NCBI GenBank assembly: GCA_030704615.1
Contig: CM060734.1
Coordinates: 56,792,001 to 56,856,000, forward strand
Direction: 5' to 3'
Source of the DNA: Takakia lepidozioides
Lineage: Eukaryota; Plantae; Bryophyta
Length of the DNA stretch: 64,000 nt
The notes under the pieces: generated by a model
Database searches by the model: none
Told to the model about the DNA's origin: nothing
Seen by the model: the letters and a program-made list of their open reading frames with translations, nothing else
Shown: in pieces, positions 28,823 to 41,097 of the stretch
Numbering within the stretch: position 1 is the stretch's first letter
How the letters are laid out: each line of letters opens with the position of its first letter
Translations under genes and position numbers: made by a program

Positions 28823-30815
28823 ATGGGGTCGGGCAAGACAAAGCGAAAGCGGAACGGCCTGATAGATGATGATCCTAGTGAGCCCGGTGGAGGTGACATG
28901 TCACCGAAGCGACAATCGAAAGAGGCGATTCATGCTTCTGAGAGCGAGGCCGCACAAAGACGAGAGGAATTTTGGGAGTCGGAGTCCGAGGACCTTCCAG
29001 AGGCTCCGCCGGACCAACAGATGTCTCCCATGCCAGTAGCCCTTTGGGAAGGGTTGTTGGCGCAGTTTGGCAGGACGTTGAAAGACGTGTTGAAGGCGGC
29101 TAATGCCACTTCCACTAAGGCAAAGTTTAAGGTGAAGCCTAAGGAACCCGGCACCTTCGAGGGCATCCGAAATCGGAAAGCACTCAATACCTGGCTCTTG
29201 GAGCTGGAGCAGTACTTCCGGGCGGCCAAGTTGAGTGACGAGGATCGGGTGGAAGTGGCTCCCACCTATTTGAGGGGTTATGCTCAACAATGGTGGCAGA
29301 AATGTCTTCACGACCAAGGTCCAAACCCAAAAACCTTGAGTTGGAGCGGGTTCAAGGAACTTATGAAAATACAGTTTGTGCCCCTCAATGCGTCCTGGCT
29401 CGCCCGGGACAAGATGAGGAATTTGAAGCAAACGGATGATATTCGGGGATATGTTCAGGCTTTCAATGTGATGTTGCTCAAAGTCACGGACATGGCGGAA
29501 CCAGAAATGGTCTTCAACTTTGTGGCGAGACTAGCCCCATGGGCCAGGTGGAAGTTGGAGGAGAAGCCACCTAAGACTTTGAACGAGGCAATTGAAAGGG
29601 CCGAATGTTTCTCGGATGTCCCTAGGGGCGAAAGACAAGGCCGTACGGAGCTAAACCACAAGAAAACCCGGCGGGAGGGTGACTCCTTCCAACCGGAAAA
29701 GAAGTGGGATAAGCCACGCGGCGACAATGGCACGTGGAAATCGAAGGGAGAGTCTTCACACGTCAAAGCGGCACTCGGTGCCCCGAAAAGAAAATCGGGT
29801 GTGGCGGCTTATGGCGGGCAGAAGGCGACCTTCGATGGAGTGTGCTTTAATTGCGGGGAGCCCGGGCACATGGCCAAGAAGTGCGCGAAACCCCGACAAT
29901 TGAACATGACTCGGGCGACCATTGAGCTGTCTGAAGATACCATCAGCCGCTTGGTGGAAGCAGTGGTCGCCAAGACTTGCAAGGTAGGCAACTACTCTTG
30001 TGAGTTATATCAGGAGACTGGCGCCCTGTGTAAAGGGAGTCAGTTAATGTTCGTGAGTGGGATAATTTCCGGAACTAACGTGTCGTTGTTGGTGGACACA
30101 AGAGTGTCGCACTCCTTCATGACACCGGCAATGGCACGGAAGCTGGGACTCCCGACAAGTGATGTGGGGGCCTTTATTGAGGTGCATTCTGCTAAAGGAG
30201 AACCACAATTGGCGACGAGGTTGGCGTTCGATGTTCCGCTTCAGCTCGGGAGTTGGGAGGGACGTGAGAACTTCACCATTTACGAGATCGATGGAATGGA
30301 TCTCATTTTGGGGATGACCTTTTTGAGCAAATCCGGAGCGGTCATAGATGGCCGCAAGAGAATAATCACGCTACCGTGTGGGAATGGTGGCAAAGTTTTA
30401 CGGGTATCGAAAACGCCCAACCGAGTGGGAGGACGACTAAACCTGCTGTCAGCAAAGGAGTGGGCCGTGGAGGAGCCACACGAGAACTAGTTTTTGCTTT
30501 ACGTGAGACAAGTGGAAGGAGAAGTTGATAGGGAGCCGAGCCCAGATTGGATCAAAGGGATCTTGGAGAAATATCAGGATGTGATGTCGGATGATTTATC
30601 AAGCGGCTTGCCACCGCGAAGAGGAGTTGACCACAAGATTGAGGTGATACCGGGATCGGAGCCGCCTGCCAAAGGGCCCTACCGGTTGAGCCACAGAGAG
30701 TTGGTCGAGCTGAAGGCTCAGCTCATGGATCTAATGTCAAAGGGGTACATCCGGCCGAGTAAGTCACCCTACGGAGCCCCAGTGTTATTCGCAGACAAGA
30801 AGGATAGGACGCTGC
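28823..30815 (+). pseudogene. gag-pol (Gag capsid, CCHC knuckle, aspartic protease, RT N-terminus)
   Basis: Retrotransposon-gag-like region (WLLELEQYF...YLRGYAQQWW...LKQTDDIRGYVQAF), CFNCGEPGHMAKKC knuckle, protease LLVDTRVSHSF (DTG altered to DTR), in-frame TAG at 30488, then DHKIEVIPGSEPP...GYIRPSKSPYGAPVLFADKKDRTL. Confidence 0.9.
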
Positions 30816-31160
30816 CACTACAACAGATTGCGGCTTTTATGACTCCCATGGGTGCGCAGTCATGACAGATTTGTGGCAGAAATGTCATTTGCAGTCGTAA
30901 AATGCTTTTGAAGTCATAATGCAGGTCTGGGGAAGGCGTATATGCAATTGCATGGCTCCGGACTCTGCGCAACACAGGTCAAACATGTTTGACCACAAAT
31001 ATTGGCATGGCAGATATGACTACCAGTCACGGTCATGGCTACACTGGAATGACGTGTGCATATTGCAAGATAGACATATGACTTCATGACTCTCACTCTA
31101 ATGCATTCTGCCAGATCATCACATGGATGAATCACTACATGACTACACGTGTCGACACAT
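30816..31160 (+). mobile_element. CACTA (En/Spm) transposon terminus with subterminal repeats
   Basis: CACTACAACAGA begins exactly where RT homology stops. More than 10 direct and inverted ATGAC/GTCAT motifs follow. No matching right end was found in the window. Confidence 0.7.
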
Positions 31161-31471
31161 GCTTTTCTGGTTATATATATAATATATGAGTATTTATATT
31201 TTGAAAAAACGGAGACTCTGACCACTAGAATGAATTTAAAAAAAACCAAAAAAAAACAAAGTGCAAAAATATTTTTAAAAAAACACATCGGCTGGTAAGT
31301 GCACAGTGTCTCGCCTAAGTGGTTTGGGGTTCAAACCCGTTGCCCTTATCCCGTGTGTGGGATTGTTCGTGACGGTATGTCTGGGCGTTGATCGTCCTGT
31401 AGGTCTTATGGCCCATAAATGAAGGCAGGTGAATTTTTCCCCTCCTCAAGGGCTTGTGGTTTCCTTTAAGG

Positions 31472-31503
<32 letters not shown>

Positions 31504-31801
31504 AAAAGGGGCTTTTAGGGTTTACATAAAGGTTAAAAAACTTAAAAAGTTGCCCATCACGGTAGCGTGAACAGACTTAGAGCGAGCGGGAGGGAGAGAG
31601 AGAGAGGGCTGGGACTTAGAGCGAGCGAGCGGGAGGGAGGACAAACATGCATGGGAGGCCCGCAGTTGGAGCAACCTTCGCATCTGAAGCAAGCAACCCT
31701 AGAAATGCTAGGGTATGTGTGCGAGGAGGTTTCGGCTAGGAGCTCGCCGTTCTTGGGAGAGTCAGCTTCGTCTTAGCAGGTCGTGTTTCAATCTCTACCC
31801 G

Positions 31802-32506
31802 CTCGGCCCTGATTTTACAGCACGGAGCAGAGCTGGCATGAGTTTCTTAAATATCTTTCACGATGGTGGGACAACCGCAATCGCAAGGTGTGGCTTTTTC
31901 TTAGTGTACGATGTGAAGAAGTTTGTCCATCCTGCAAATGTGGGTTGTTGGCTCCTGTTAGTACCACGATTTGGTATTCTTCCTGATGTTTACAAGGTTC
32001 TTGGGAGAGTTAGCTTGGTCTTATCATGTCGTGTTTCAATCTCTGCTTGCTCAGCTGCTCCGTGGTGGTTCTCACTGACCAATCCGACATTACCTAACTA
32101 CAGACACAAGCAGCACACACAAGAGGTCCTCTTGGGTTCATGGTCAGTCAAATCCTCCATGGGTCATGACACAAGGTCGAGGACAATGTGGTGAGGGCAC
32201 CTTCTTCTTCGACCTATTTCAGCCTATTTTGCCCTCTCATCAGACTCGGCCCTGAATTTGAATCATGGAGCAGAGCTAGCATGAGTTTTTTAAAGATCCT
32301 TCACGAGGGTGCGACAACCGCAATCGCAAGGTGTGGCTTTTTTTTAATGTACGATGTGAAGAAGTTTGTCCATCCTGCAAATGTGGGCTGTTGGCTCCTG
32401 TTAGTACCATGATTTGATATTCTTCCTGATGTTTACAAGGTTCTTGGGAGAGTCAGCTTGGTCTTAGCAGACCGTGTTTCAATGTCTGCCTGCTCAGCTG
32501 CACCGT
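31802..32506. repeat. ~260-bp direct duplication (31802-32062 / 32245-32506)
   Basis: CTCGGCCCTGA...ACAACCGCAATCGCAAGGTGTGGC...GCTCAGCTGC is present twice. Confidence 0.8.
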
Positions 32507-32602
32507 GGTTTCGTGGTTCTAAATCTCTATGTTTCAAGTCTCCAGGGACAATGGTTTTGGGACACATACCATACTAAAAAAACTCACTTTGAGGATGGGC
32601 AC

Positions 32603-34360
32603 AAACAGTGTGCAGTGTTGCACACTGTTTCGTGCTTCCATATAATTATGTTTGATGTGAAATTGACATAGCTGAGTAGGAGCAATTCTTGTCAAAAATG
32701 AACATTGAGGAGGAGCAGAAACAGTGTGCGGTGCCGCACACTGTTTTTTGCTTCCATCTGACTGTGATTCAAGATTGACAGACAGAGCTGAGTGGCTACA
32801 TTCCAGACACAAAAAAAACCCTTCTGAGGGCCACAAAGAGTATGCGGCACCGCACACTGTTTCGTGTATCCAAATCTCTATGTTTGAAGTCTCCATGGAC
32901 TTTGCTTATGGGACATCTAACATACTAAAAACCTCACATTGAGGATCCATGGGCACAAACAATGTGCGGTGCCACACACTGTTTCTTGCTTCCATTCCGG
33001 TGTTCTTCAGGTCTGTTGGGACAGGGGTTCACGGTTACCATATTCGTAAACATGTTAACCTATAGGCGTGGGGTTTCCTCACGTTATGTGAACAGTCACG
33101 ATGTTCCAAAGAGTATTCATTGCAGGTCAACCCCAGAAAAAAATAAATAAATTGTGGTTTTCAGTCCGGGTATCGGTAGTTTAAGCCCTTGAAAAGTTAT
33201 TTTCACACTGAGAAAAAAATCTAAAGATGACATTCCAGTCAGAAATTACATTGTTGAGTGTCTTACTCTGGGATATAAAAAAATCATTATGGAGGGGCTG
33301 GAAGGGCAGAAACAGTGTGCGGCACCGCACACTGTTTCGTGCTTCGAGTTCAGTAAGTTTCAAGACTGAGGGACACATCCAAGTGGCCAAGACTGACCAC
33401 AAACTTTCACATTCCATAGAGTGTGAAGTGTGAAGGACAGACCCAAGAGGCAACATTTCAATGAAAAGCAGAACATTCAAAAGTAGCTCAGACAGTGTGC
33501 GGTGCCGCACACTGTTTCCTAGTTTCAAATATCGTTGTTTGTGCCCGAGCTCAGTGGGATAATTATAAGCAAAAAAAAGAACACTGAATAGGAGCAGAAA
33601 GAGTGTGTTGTGCCGCACACTGTTTCGTGCTTCCAAATAAAGTTCTTTGATGCCTGATTGACAGACCTGAGTGGGAAATTTTTGAAGTAGAAAATGAACA
33701 ATGCGAAGCCACTCTCATGTCATGCTGTTACACCAAAAAGGTGGGAAGGACATGAACTAATTGTTTCCTGATTCCATTAAAGTCTGCAATGACATAGTGG
33801 TGGGTCTTCCTCGTGAACAAAAAAAAACCTTCTAGAGGGGCACAAACAGTGAGCGGTGCCGCACACTGTTTCGTGCTTCTAGTCCACTAAGTTTCAAGCC
33901 TTAGGGACAAATCCAAGTTGCTAAATTCCAACAAAAACTTGGATTGTTCAAATAGGTATGAAGCCTGGCGGACAGGGAGAAGTGGGTACAAAAATGAACA
34001 TTGAAGAGGAGCAGAAACAGTGTGCGGTGCCGCACATTGTTTTTTGCTTCCATCTTACTGTTATTAGAGCCTGGCAGACAAAGCTCAGTGGCTACATTCC
34101 AGACAAAAAAAAACCCTTAAGAGGGCCACAAACAATGTGCAATTTCGTGTTTCCAAATCTTTATGTTTGAAGTCTCCATGGACTATGCTTATGGGACACC
34201 TAGCATAGTGAAAACCTCACATTGAGGATGGGTACAAACAGTGTGCAGTGCCGATTACTGTTTCGTGCTTCCATTCCATTGTTCTTCAAGTCTGTTGGGA
34301 CAGGGGTTCACGGTTACCATATTTGCAAAAGGGGTACTTTGACGAGGGGCACACTGTTTT
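32603..34360. repeat. Degenerate array of about 10 palindromes AAACAGTGTGCGG-TG-CCGCACACTGTTT (module copy 1)
   Basis: Cores at approximately 32603, 32718, 32836, 32957, 33309, 33490, 33598, 33844, 34015 and 34236, with diverged spacers. Block ~32694-33043 is duplicated at ~33989-34323. Confidence 0.88.
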
Positions 34361-35340
34361 GTGCTGTTTCTTTAGGAGGCCGGCATCAATATCCTCTTCG
34401 GCGTCCGTCGACTCTCCCTTGGATGCAGTCTCCTCTTCTCCCTTTCTCGGCAGGATGGGGGGCTGTTGTTCCTCTTCAAAATCCTGCTCCTGCATCGCCA
34501 ATCTTTCCTCATTGCCCTCTTTGTCTACTCTTTGCAATCTCATTTTATCTCTCGCTCTCTTCCTGTCCCTAGTGCTGGTAAAGTACAACGACTTCCTTCT
34601 CTTCTTCCTCCGCTAGAAACAAACGCTCCCCACACTGCCTCTAGAGCTCTCTAGTTTGACGTTTGCAACAACGGTTGCTTTGGCATTGTTTCCCGTATTT
34701 GGATGCGGGGGTCATCCATATGTGCAAACGGAATTCATCCATTTTTCCGCCTCTCAATCACCCAAAAAACAGAAAGGTGGCACTTCAATTGCCGTTCCGT
34801 CAACTTGTGGCTTATGTCAGATGTACTTCGCCGGCTACCAGTATACGCATGGCTGTTTGCATTCATGGAAAAGAGAAGTGCCGTAAAAATCTATCGCAAA
34901 TCAAATTTTAAAGGGGACTTGCACATTGGCAATAATTGTGATGCTTCACATATGCATCCACATATGTTGTACTGCCTATCCTACGATTTACATTTCACCG
35001 ACGCCGGCGCAATACAGTGATTTCGGTATAAAACTTGGTGTTGGCGATCGTAATGTGTGTGCACCTTCGTACGGAGTGTCCTTCTGAGTGTCAGTGTTGT
35101 GTTGTACTCTTCTGATGCAATGCAACAAAGTTGATTCGGGGTTTCCTGTTTATTGGACTCATGGGGCTATCGTCGTCTTTCCAGAATGGATGGCTTTAGA
35201 TTCTGTGCAGGGTTTGCTTTTCATCCAAAGACAATATGGCTTCTTGTAGCTTCTTATCTTTGAAGTCAAATTTTCCAGTTGGTATCTCTCAGTGTGGTAG
35301 ACTGCGGAGTTCGGTGCAGACTTCCGCCGTGCATGTCATC
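34286..35340 (-). pseudogene. Unknown accessory ORF of the transposon module, copy 1 (decayed)
   Basis: Homologous to 46600-47700. Charged/acidic C-terminus (YFTSTRDRKRARDKMR...EEETASKGESTDAEEDIDAGL). Interrupted by stops. Confidence 0.5.
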
Positions 35341-35512
35341 CTTTCAGAAAATTGTAAACCCCGAAATCCGTTGCTTATATCACCTATAGTCATTGGGGTT
35401 GTGCTACCCTTGTGCACCTCAGTTCATTTGAGGTGGATCCCCTCACGAAAATTACGGGCTACCACTTCGGGGGGTCCTTTGTGAATCGTAACTTTTGTTC
35501 CGTCTAGGAAAC

Positions 35513-37770
35513 ATGTCCAAGGAGGGAGACACACTCCCTCAATTTCATTCCAATGCAGGTAGTCTTCCGCTGATTGCAACTGCAGATGAGGATGGGTTTG
35601 CAGTTGTTCATGAGGATGAGCTGGTTACAGTATTCCCACTGGAATTGGGATCTCTGCTTGTGCAAAAAGAGGTGTATGACGAGGATGGGAATTTGGATTT
35701 TGGGCACTTGCAGAAACCGTTGGTTGACGAGTGTGGGAGGAAGTAGAGAGGTATCCCAGGTAGATATCGGGTCCTTGGAAAGAGAGAAGACAATCAGGAG
35801 GTTGAATAGTTACCCCTGGCACTGCAGCATCGGTCGTGCAGCAGAATGACACAATGCAACTGAAACAAGAGGTGAGCACATCCACGACATTCGTGACTCT
35901 TTCAGACTCGTCTTCGGAGGATGTTTATGAGATTCCTCCACCAGTCCAGATTCCATTCTCGGATGATGAAAAATTACAGGAGATAACGAGTGTCATTCCA
36001 AAATTGAAAGCCCTTGCATGGGTGCCTGGGTGCAAGAGCGAGCTGCATTTTGTTGATTGGGAGTCCCTTTGGATGCAGTAGGTTCAATATGGGCCAGCAG
36101 AGTTTGATAGGGACATTTTGTTTGAGCTCAACCCTCCCACGTCTTCCACTGGACTTGTTGGGCTTCTGCAGGGCATGGACAAGAAACATGACGGACGCCC
36201 TTCGTGTAGGACAAAAACATCGAACATCCACAACGACATTGGATTGAAATTTCAAAGATCAGTTGGCATTGGACATTGCAAGTGCTTGAATAGTTCTTGC
36301 CCTCGCCTGATAAACAACTCTAAACCAAATGAAAGTGAGTGGGAAGGGGTGCCCCTGAATCCTTTCACACCAAGGCTTGCCCCTCCCAAGACCAATACTT
36401 TTGTGTGCAGGTTCTGCAAACTTGCCCCGTCCCGTGTTTCTGTGTGCCACTCTCGTATGTACCAGGTGGCACACCGGTGCAAGACAATGACTCGCGCCTG
36501 CATTCATATGGGTACACACGAGCATCCTGTTTCGAAGGGAAGTTGCAGGGATAGTGTTGACATCGCTAGAAATCTTCTGAAGCAAGAGTTCCACAATGCC
36601 CCGTGTGCCACGCCTTCTGCTATAGCGCTTGCAGCTAGCAAGGCATTCCTGGAAAAACACATACTGGGTGAAGGGGATGAGACACAACCAATGCTGGATG
36701 CAGATTCGCTTAATGCAGTGATGGACCATTTCTTCGTGTTGAGCTCTCTCAATATTCGAAACCAGGTGAATGCACTCAGAATGGGCACAAGTAGTACAGG
36801 ATTCATGGACAACATTATGGACCTCAAACGGAGGAGTCAATATGACTTCATTCAAGACTGTGTCTTCCCTGGCCAAGACTCGTCCAAGGTGTATTTGTTC
36901 AAGATGTCCACATAGTGGGCAGAGACAGTGGTGTGAGCATTGTCCGCCGAATGCAATCTGGAGGAGATTTGGCAAAATGTTGGATAATGTTTGATCACTA
37001 CAAACGGGTGAAGGGTTGGACAACCATGGCGTGCCATGTGTACGATCCAGTGTACCAGCGTGTGCTCTCCATAGCAATTTGTGATATGTAGTCGAAGGAC
37101 ACTGAATCCCAGATGCTGATGTGGAATTCTCTCCTGGCCGTTAATGGATTGCATAACACAAATTTTGCGGGGTTTATGGCTAATAGTGCACAGGCAAATT
37201 TCAATGCATTGCCGCGGGTCTTTGGATTGGGAGATCCTAAAGTACCAATGGAAAATAGGGAGCGCACATGCCTCTTCCATTGGAGTCAATCTCTAGATAG
37301 ACATACAAAGCGCTGCATTTGACCTGACCTTCAATTGGAGCACAAAAGGCTCTGTCTCAAGTACAAAAATCCCACCACAATGGGAGAGGCTAAGAGCATT
37401 TACCAAGCAATCCGGGCTTAGTGGTTCTCCTCTGGTGCTACTACTGGGATCTAGCTGAAGGAGTTGGAGGACTGGTTGGAGTTCTGGCACTTCAGGTACA
37501 GGCAGTGGGGAGCTTTCATGACGATGGTAAGCCTCTTCGATCCCAAAAACACAAATTTTCACTTGACATCATGCATGTTCCAATTCCTCTGGGGTTGTTG
37601 GATTGTCGTTTGCAGAACCTCTGTCATTTCCTTTCGTTCCTCACATTTGCGTGCATTGCCTCCTTCAGGACATGGGCGTGACTTGTATGTTGTCACTGCA
37701 GATGACATGGTACGGGCACTTACACAACAAACTAGATAACGAAATTTCCTGATGGGACGGGGCGGAGGCT
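35513..37770 (+). pseudogene. Mutator-type DDE transposase with N-terminal GCM-like Zn domain, copy 1 (truncated)
   Basis: GMDKKHDG..RTKTSNIHND..GHCKCLNSSC..CRFC..C..HMGTHEHP; MFDH; FMANSAQANFNA; ERTCLFHWSQSL. Multiple stops. The segment with the putative catalytic Glu is deleted at ~37674, and the copy ends at GRGGG. Confidence 0.78.
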
Positions 37771-39968
37771 GTAGATGCATATATTGGTACATATTTCTTT
37801 TCAGATCGTTTTTTATCTTAAGGCAGACAGTTTAGGCATTGTACTGCCAAAACATGGCAGTTTGTGAGTTATCTGAGAATCGTTGGTAAAGCACGTAGGA
37901 ATTTAAATTATGTCTGAGACGACCATGGAGGAGCTTTGGCGTCAAAATGACCATAGGGAGCTGCATAGATAGCGAGTTAGGCTGCCAATTCGGTACCAGT
38001 AACGACAACATGCACCTGTTCGAAACAATACATGGCGACTGTTCCAGTCCCGGATTGCGATCTCTCTATTCTCCCGCCTTTCAAGTCTAGTAAGAGCACG
38101 CGGCGAGGAGTCTTGGCAATTGGAGGAAACAATCTGTACAGCGATGAAATATCGCGACAAAACAAGTGCTGCATCGGAGCAAACGACGGGTGAAGGAGCT
38201 TCCCGGCGAAGTTTTGAGCTCCTCAGCGATGCAAGGAGGAAACTCTAGATGATTTGTGACCCAGTGGCAGGGCCAAAGACCCCCTTGGGGGCACCACCAA
38301 TATTTTTACTGCCAGGAAGCGGCAGACTGCCTATATGGCGGAACCATGGAAACCAACCAAATGTGTGGTTTTTCTTCCCCGATTCCCTCGAGATTTTGTG
38401 GGCAGCTACGAGCAATCTAATTATAATTTTTCACCAAGTTTGAGGATTTTTGGAGGTGATGAGAGATGGCATCAAATTATCACGCCGGAGGCAGTTGCGA
38501 AAGGCGATTAAATGGAATTCTAGTTCATCCAATGGATGAAATCTGGAAATTCGACCTGCAAGCTGGAGGCATGAAAAGACAACCTAGCGCCAACTGGTCA
38601 TCCATTGGATGGATGAAAAACCAGATTTATCATTAACACCAAGGTTTTCCATCCATGGTTATTATTCTATGGTGTTCTATCGTTTAAATTATAGATTCAT
38701 GTAGGAAATAATAGTTTAAGACTATCCTTCACTAGTTTAAGAGGCCCCAAAAACACAATAAAAGAAGAGCAGGCTCCTCTTGTTCTGCAATCTAGTCTCA
38801 TTTCCTTGTTTTGGCATCTTGCTTGTGTAGTTAGTTTTGAGCTTGAGGGAGCTAGTTCCTAGAGAGTTGAGCTTGTGGCTCTCTAGTATTAGAAGCAAGC
38901 ATATTGAGAGCAGGATAGTCCTAGCTCAAGGCCTTGTGGCCATTTGAGGCAAGAAGTAGAGGAAGCGCTCCATGAAGTGGGAGACTTGAGGACGAGTAGG
39001 AGTGCGGGAGGAGGACCAAGCTTGAGTACCATTCTACCGAGCGATTTAGTGCATCCCAAGCACCACTTGTTTCAAAGGGTGACTTACCATACATTCTTGA
39101 CCTTTGAATTCATTCATTTCATTTGTTGTTCAAGCTTTGTCCAAGGAAAGGACCTTATAAGCATTGTTTGCTAAAAATCTAGAAAAACTAACTCTCTTTC
39201 AAGAGGATGTGTGTGCATCTCTATGTACATGTGTGAAGAGCACAGGTGTGAAGCCCCAGGAGACAGGGCCTTAGGAATCTAACCCAATTACTTCATGGAA
39301 GTGAGGGTAGATGTCCATCATTATGTTTAAGGAGAGGGCGAGCTTGCATGAAGTGGCGAAGCTCTTGTCAAATTTCCCTTTCTAACTTAGTGGCGACGGC
39401 CATATTGCATGAGACGGCGAAGCTATCGCCAAAATTTCCATATTATTAAGATCATATCTATGATTCATAGGCCCCCTGGCCATAGAGGACCATGGGAGGC
39501 GTTGCTAACTAACTCTATAAGTGGTTAAGCTATTTTGTAGAGGGCTGCCAAAAAGGCAGAGCCTAGCACTTAAGTGCCGGCGCTTTAGGCGCCTTTGGGT
39601 TGGAGGTCAACCAAGGAGGTTGCCTAGAATCGCCATGGAGTGGCGCATCTAACACGGGTGGCGCGGCCTGCCCCCATGGGGGGAGTTGACCCCAGGAGCA
39701 AAGTACGTTCGCTGGTGCACTACGTGGCAGCACCAGGCGCCATAGCTGGGCCCGCGCAGGTACGACACGAGCGGCAGAGACGAGGGAGCCTGCCTATTAC
39801 CCGGTGGACCCGCGCCGGCGGCGGGCCAGCCACGCCGCGTCACGTAGCGCTGGCCGAGGGGTATCAGTCTTAACCGCTGGATAATTCGACGGACCCCGCT
39901 AGGGACTGATGGTCCGTGGATCGGGTATTTAAAGGGGGGTTTTCTCCCTATGCCTTTGATTTCTTGTG

Positions 39969-41097
39969 CACTATTCATAGTATTTGTCGAGTTATTTTAC
40001 CACTAGTGTGAAGTTAGCTAGGAAATAGCTAGCTTTTATATATTGACATTTGGGATTGACCCAAGTGTCAATCCAGGGGCCAATACATGTTTGGGCACCT
40101 GACGTTGTTATCTTCACGGCAGATCGCGGTGGGCTCATATTTCTCGAGTTGAGCCTCACCGCGTCTAGTTATGGCGCCGTTGTGTGGATTCCCCATGGCG
40201 TGGGGTGCACTTGGCTCGACTTAATATATGAGTGATGTTTTCATGTGCAAGTATGTTGTTCGAGTTGTTTTGTAGCACTTGTGTTTTCATGAAAAGCGGT
40301 TCAGCCTAGAGTGCACGGATCCGTGCATGAGCCTATCCAAAGTGGATAGAGTGCAAAGGCGAACAGGTTGTAGGTTTGCAATGGATAGAGAGGCGGGTAG
40401 CCTATGTTGAAGAGCGGCGTTGCATAGCTCAACGCTATGGCAACCAAGTTTGGGCTTCTAGTGTGAAGCGGAGGAGATGTTGGCCACGAGTGGGCGAACT
40501 GGTGGTCGTCTTCTTCAGCTGCAGGCCGAGTTAAGGAGCTGCAGAAATGTGGGTTGTGCATGGACATCTAGCATGTTGCAGGTTGGAGATGACATGATGA
40601 ACTCCAGGTATTTCTGCCCAAAACTAGTTGTTGCGGGTAGATGAAGCAGCCGAATGGTGGAGCTGCGAGGGGATGCATCGCAGCCCGTTGGGAGCTTCAG
40701 CTCCAAGCTCATGAAGAGGTATGAGTGAAGAGAGGGGGCTGGTCCCTCTTGTGTGCAAATCAGTGCACTTGTGAAACATGTGCTGAGTTGGAGTTTCAAT
40801 CTGAAATTCAGCAGTGTAAGGGCTCTTGGAGTGGCAAAAGCGAGGCTGGAAGGGCAGCAACGAGGCGCCCTAGAGCCAGGGGATGTGCAGTAGAACTGCA
40901 GGTACACCAAGGTTGTAAAGGTGTGTATTTTCAGATTTGTTTTTGTAAGCTTCATGGAGAAAAGGGAGCTTGTTGGGCAGCATCTGGCTTGCTTGTTGAG
41001 CTAGGGGCGCTTCTAGTGGGCCATGAGAGCTCAGGAGTGCAGGGCGATGGGGCTGATGGCTCCGAAGAAGCCATAGCTCGTCAGCAGCAGGTGCAGG
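39969..41097. repeat. Dispersed ~1.1-kb repeat, copy B
   Basis: Direct repeat of 26928-28075 with indels. Confidence 0.88.

Larger units (their letters stand above)
28431..30815 (+). mobile_element. Ty3/gypsy LTR retrotransposon, 5' half (LTR-PBS-gag-PR-start of RT), truncated
   Basis: Putative LTR TG..CA at ~28431-28767, PBS TGGTATCAGAGC at 28770, then gag/protease and RT N-terminus. The sequence switches abruptly at 30816. Confidence 0.9.

Noticed and set aside
30488-30490. Programmed gag-pol stop readthrough
   Set aside because: The stop lies after the protease in a copy with a mutated catalytic motif; a simple nonsense mutation is more likely.
38700-39296. Solo LTR
   Set aside because: LTR-like composition, but no TSD, PBS or partner could be verified. 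The same applies to ~57.9-58.8 kb and ~59.6-60.1 kb.
39870-39930. Second piggyBac-like end (TTAACCGCTGG)
   Set aside because: No complementary right end was found.
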